From assembly GCA_029856105.1 (NCBI GenBank), contig JAHQWH010000006.1, positions 1-63,576 on the forward strand: a stretch of 63,576 bases of DNA, read 5' to 3'. A model generated the notes under the pieces. That model was not told where the DNA came from and did no database searches. It worked only from the letters and a program-made list of their open reading frames with translations. Within the stretch, counting starts at the first letter, position 1, and each line of letters starts with the position of its first letter. The stretch comes from Promethearchaeia archaeon. GTDB lineage: Archaea; Asgardarchaeota; Lokiarchaeia; Sigyniarchaeales; SOKP01. Below are positions 60,522 through 63,576 of this stretch, piece by piece. The position numbers and the translations under genes are program-made.

Positions 60522-60584
60522 AATCTCAAGTTCTTGCGGAACGAAGGAATAAAACCTAACGTTTTTGCTTTACTCCTCGAGATT
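60522..60584 (-). promoter_or_regulatory. structured 3' RNA element, copy 2 (candidate SECIS-like)
   Basis: P1 AATCTC/GAGATT; P2 AGGAGTAAAGC/GTTTTATTCCT with loop AAAAACGTTAG; P3 GTTC/GAAC. Confidence 0.65.
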
Positions 60585-60588
60585 TAGT

Positions 60589-60726
60589 TTATTTTTGTCT
60601 TTTTTTTTCTTTGCGTTTTTTTTTTAGTATATTTATACACGAAATTATTCCGTCAACGATGCCTCAGCCCGTACAAAAATCTTCTTCTGCTACGGTTTTT
60701 TTAACTTTGTATTTCCATTCTGACAT
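60589..60726 (-). CDS. micro-ORF with in-frame TGA at codon 21 forming CxxU (putative 45-aa selenoprotein)
   Basis: MSEWKYKVKKTVAEEDFCTG-(TGA 60664-60666)-GIVDGIISCINILKKKRKEKKRQK*. Confidence 0.6.
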
Positions 60727-60889
60727 TTTGATTAATTTTTATTTTATTAGTTATTTTGAATATAATTAAGCAATCTTAAAAGAGTATTTATTATATTTAA
60801 TAATTATAAGAGATTACTTTTCCATTTAAGTAAAAAATTTAAGTACTTCATTCATTTACAAAACTATTAAAAAAAAATTAAAATTTGGG

Positions 60890-61168
60890 TTGATAATGGG
60901 ATTAAAAGATGAGATGTCAGAAATGAGGAAAAGCATGGAAAAAATGACTTTAGAATTACACGAGACAAATCTTGCTATTCGGGAATCCCTTCAATTGACT
61001 TCAGATACTATTAAAGAAATGAACGAAAGTTTTTCCAAAATGCTAGGAGAAACATTAAAAGCTATGCAAGATATGAAAGTTAGGATCGATATTAGCGATA
61101 ATATTTTGAGCCGTCTTGGGATTGAGGGCTTACTGCCTGATATTTTTAAAAAAAAGACAAAGAAATGA
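60890..61168 (+). CDS. small coiled-coil protein
   Basis: Heptad-rich 92-aa ORF. Confidence 0.7.
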   Translation: MIMGLKDEMSEMRKSMEKMTLELHETNLAIRESLQLTSDTIKEMNESFSKMLGETLKAMQDMKVRIDISDNILSRLGIEGLLPDIFKKKTKK

Positions 61169-61223
61169 AATATACATTCCAAAGAAGTTTAAAATTTTAT
61201 TTTCAAAGTCAATATTAATTAAA

Positions 61224-61409
61224 CTATTCTAAATGCCTTTTTTTAAAAGCAAAATATAAGATCATAAGAGATATAGCATAAACAATAGAAATCATTAGCC
61301 ATAGAACGAACTCAGAGTAATTGTTATCAACAATACCTGCTATAGCTTTATAAATAAAAAAAATTATAAAAAGCGAAAGCAATTGAACTCGCGATTTTAG
61401 TTTATCCAT
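61224..61409 (-). CDS. small 2-TM membrane protein
   Basis: Two hydrophobic helices with basic ends. Confidence 0.65.
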   Translation of the reverse strand: MDKLKSRVQLLSLFIIFFIYKAIAGIVDNNYSEFVLWLMISIVYAISLMILYFAFKKRHLE

Positions 61410-61500
61410 TTTGCAAAAAGTAATTTTGTTAAATTTAATTAGTAATAATCATAATAATGAATAATATAATAAATAAAAGAATTTAAAATATAAACTAGAA

Positions 61501-61707
61501 ATGTCCAAAACCAAAAGCCCTCCTAATTGTTACATATGTGGGAAGAATTGTGAAGATATATTAGATAAATGCCATTATTGCATATGTGATATTACTGTTT
61601 GCGATGTTTGTTTAAATTCTGTAAAAAAGAACGATACCACGTGGATTTGTCCTAACTGCAAAGAGGAACGAGATGAAGAAAAGTCAAGAATTTTCCGAGA
61701 TACATAA
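61501..61707 (+). CDS. stand-alone RING-finger protein (C4C4 type)
   Basis: C-x2-C-x13-C-x-C-x4-C-x2-C-x12-C-x2-C, ending WICPNC. Confidence 0.75.
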   Translation: MSKTKSPPNCYICGKNCEDILDKCHYCICDITVCDVCLNSVKKNDTTWICPNCKEERDEEKSRIFRDT

Positions 61708-61869
61708 TTTATGGAAAAAACTTGATTCAAGCTCTTTTTATTAGTATAACTTACGATTTTTATGAAGTAATCTTGGAAGTCTGAGGTTAACTTTATTGAC
61801 TCTATTTTTACATTATAAAAAAATATAAACTTTCGATGTTTTAATAAATCATACGAAATAGATATATAT

Positions 61870-62364
61870 GTGTTAACCATGGCTAAAATTACAAAAGTTT
61901 TAGAAATTGAAAATTGTAATAAGGATATCCTTTCTCAGGCACTATTTAAAGCCGAATTTTGGGAAGCTATTAACCCGTCTAAGAAAATGGAAGCTAAATT
62001 TATAGCACCCAATGTGTTGTATACTAAAATTTACGACGAGATAGATGTAGTTCACATTCCAATTGAGATGGAAGGCGAATTAGTGCTTTCAGACAAAGGT
62101 GAAATCGGAGGAAAGGGGCGATTAGTTGAATTTAACGTTAGAAATAATAAAAATATCAAACAATTAGAAGGTCGTTTGCGAATTAAGGCCTTATCTTCTA
62201 CTAAAACTAAACTAGGAGTCTTTGTGGAGAATTTTGCTTTAAGTAGCGATTTCCTCAGTTTAATAGGCAGTGTAGCGGATTTTACACTTCAAACTAAAAT
62301 TACCGAAATGATGAGGAATATTGAGAAATATTGCAAAACAAAAGATCTGAAAGATTTCTTATAA
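61870..62364 (+). CDS. hypothetical protein, possibly SRPBCC/START-like fold
   Basis: beta-helix-W...P-multi-beta-C-terminal helix pattern; fold call is tentative. Confidence 0.55.
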   Translation: MLTMAKITKVLEIENCNKDILSQALFKAEFWEAINPSKKMEAKFIAPNVLYTKIYDEIDVVHIPIEMEGELVLSDKGEIGGKGRLVEFNVRNNKNIKQLEGRLRIKALSSTKTKLGVFVENFALSSDFLSLIGSVADFTLQTKITEMMRNIEKYCKTKDLKDFL

Positions 62365-62556
62365 AAGAAACGAACTAAAACCTATAGATTTGAGTCTAAA
62401 TTTTTTTTAAAAAAAAAGTAAAAGTTCAAACGGTTGATTTTTTGTAATATATTTAGGATTTTATTTAAAAAAAATAATTTATAAGCTCGTAATTTATAAG
62501 CTATATAATTAGAGATAATTAGAAATAACCTCTAATAACACTGGGTTTTTGGAAAA

Positions 62557-63405
62557 ATGAATGTCTGGATTTTAGATTCTGAAAGCGGAATAACCTTATT
62601 ATATAAACCGTATATGGACTTGGCTTTAGATGAAGATCTCATTAGTGGCCTTTTAGCTGCATTAAATCAATTTACTACTTATGAATTTAAACAAGGTATA
62701 GAAAGTATTGAAATGGGAGGACTCCGATGGTCTTATTTAGAAGATAATGAGTCTAAGTTGTTGTTTATTGCGGCATCTGAGAAAAATATAAGTTCAAATA
62801 TGTTAAAAGCTCGGCTCAATGTTATCATGCAAACTTTTATTGAGCAATATGTTTCTGGAGATAAAGAAAAGTGGGCCTCCATATGGAAAGGTGATACAGA
62901 GCTTTTTAGCCCTTTTAAAAATGTTATCGATGAATACTATGCGCAGTGGTTAACAGCCGAAAATATCACAACAATCGCAGAATACTTTGATATTCTAGGT
63001 GTGTTTCAACAGATATTAAATTTGCTTACAAATCTGATTGAAGCTCATTTTCCAGCTGAAAAAAAAGAAATCATTTATTCTCAAATCGAATCTATGTTTG
63101 CACATTATTTAAGTAATGATTACGTGCAGAATAATTCTGAATTAAGCAAGTTTTCATTTAGCCGCTCTACTGGAATTAATATCATTAATATTGACCCTAC
63201 TAAATGTGACATGCTGGTAGTTGAAAAGCAAATTATAAATTTAATAAGAAGGATTGTTGATATGATAAAAATCCAAGAGGGATATTACGTAAGTCTACAT
63301 TATTTTATAGAAGAAAATATTTTTGAATATTTGATTTCTAACATTTCTCTTCTGAATGAACTAAATTTGTTCAAGTTTCTTTTACAACTTTTTTTATTAA
63401 AATAA
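62557..63405 (+). CDS. longin-like domain protein
   Basis: VWILDSESGITLLY...DEDLISGLLAALNQF...IESIEMG...LLFI...L..I...F is typical of Asgard longin-like domains. Confidence 0.7.
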   Translation: MNVWILDSESGITLLYKPYMDLALDEDLISGLLAALNQFTTYEFKQGIESIEMGGLRWSYLEDNESKLLFIAASEKNISSNMLKARLNVIMQTFIEQYVSGDKEKWASIWKGDTELFSPFKNVIDEYYAQWLTAENITTIAEYFDILGVFQQILNLLTNLIEAHFPAEKKEIIYSQIESMFAHYLSNDYVQNNSELSKFSFSRSTGINIINIDPTKCDMLVVEKQIINLIRRIVDMIKIQEGYYVSLHYFIEENIFEYLISNISLLNELNLFKFLLQLFLLK

Positions 63406-63576
63406 TTTTAGCTAGGAAATAGATTATGTATTCTAAAAACCTTGAAAACGTATTTTAATTAGGTTTATTAAAAACTGTTTATTAAACAATATTAATATAA
63501 CTATCATCTTAATTTAGAGAAATGATTAATCTTCCTCTACTAATTTTTGTTTTTATTCTCTTTGCATATATTATTG

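Noticed and set aside
60120-60590. Canonical AUGA/GA SECIS, or a hammerhead ribozyme, as the identity of the repeated element
   Set aside because: Neither the kink-turn quartet nor the CUGANGA/GAAA cores are present, so it is reported as a non-canonical element instead.
1056-61880. Many short ORF-track entries overlapping longer genes (for example 1056-1256, 2496-2921, 20527-20766, 41192-41506, 55600-56079, 61575-61880)
   Set aside because: Antisense or alternate-frame shadows of well-supported genes, with no motifs.
62475-62502. Direct repeat TAATTTATAAGCT x2 upstream of the longin-like gene
   Set aside because: Only two copies of an AT-rich TATA-like word; not a CRISPR array, and too weak to call as an operator.
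1-63576. CRISPR arrays, transposases, integrases, prophage or defence genes
   Set aside because: None recognised: no periodic repeat-spacer pattern or mobile-element protein motifs were found.

Overview
AT-rich archaeal chromosomal segment, almost certainly Asgard (Lokiarchaeia-like). Evidence: an ESCRT-III/Vps4/ESCRT-II cluster, longin- and roadblock-domain proteins, a HEAT/LRR protein, a stand-alone RING finger and GGTGA-type ribosome-binding sites. It holds about 55 protein genes, a tRNA-Gly(GCC) with two introns and the SRP (7S) RNA. No CRISPR array, transposase or prophage was seen. Two candidates for undescribed systems stand out. (1) 60160-60726 (- strand): two tandem micro-ORFs missed by the ORF track, each with an in-frame TGA at codon 20/21 next to a Cys (CTG-U; CYQTS-U). 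Each is followed about 80 nt after the TGA by the same covarying three-way-junction RNA. These are putative micro-selenoproteins with a non-canonical SECIS-like element. (2) 26302-37526: a glycyl-radical enzyme fused to an SCP2 lipid-binding domain, with its activase, a wHTH-roadblock regulator, an aldehyde:ferredoxin oxidoreductase and a divergent CrtI-like/FNR/Thr-type sulfatase operon. This is a putative anaerobic lipid-catabolic module. Other points are a Bud23/WBSCR22-like methyltransferase, a NOT4-type C4C4 RING, an SRP RNA with an extra helix and probable ATA/ATT start codons. All family calls come from motif recognition by eye; no database searches were run.
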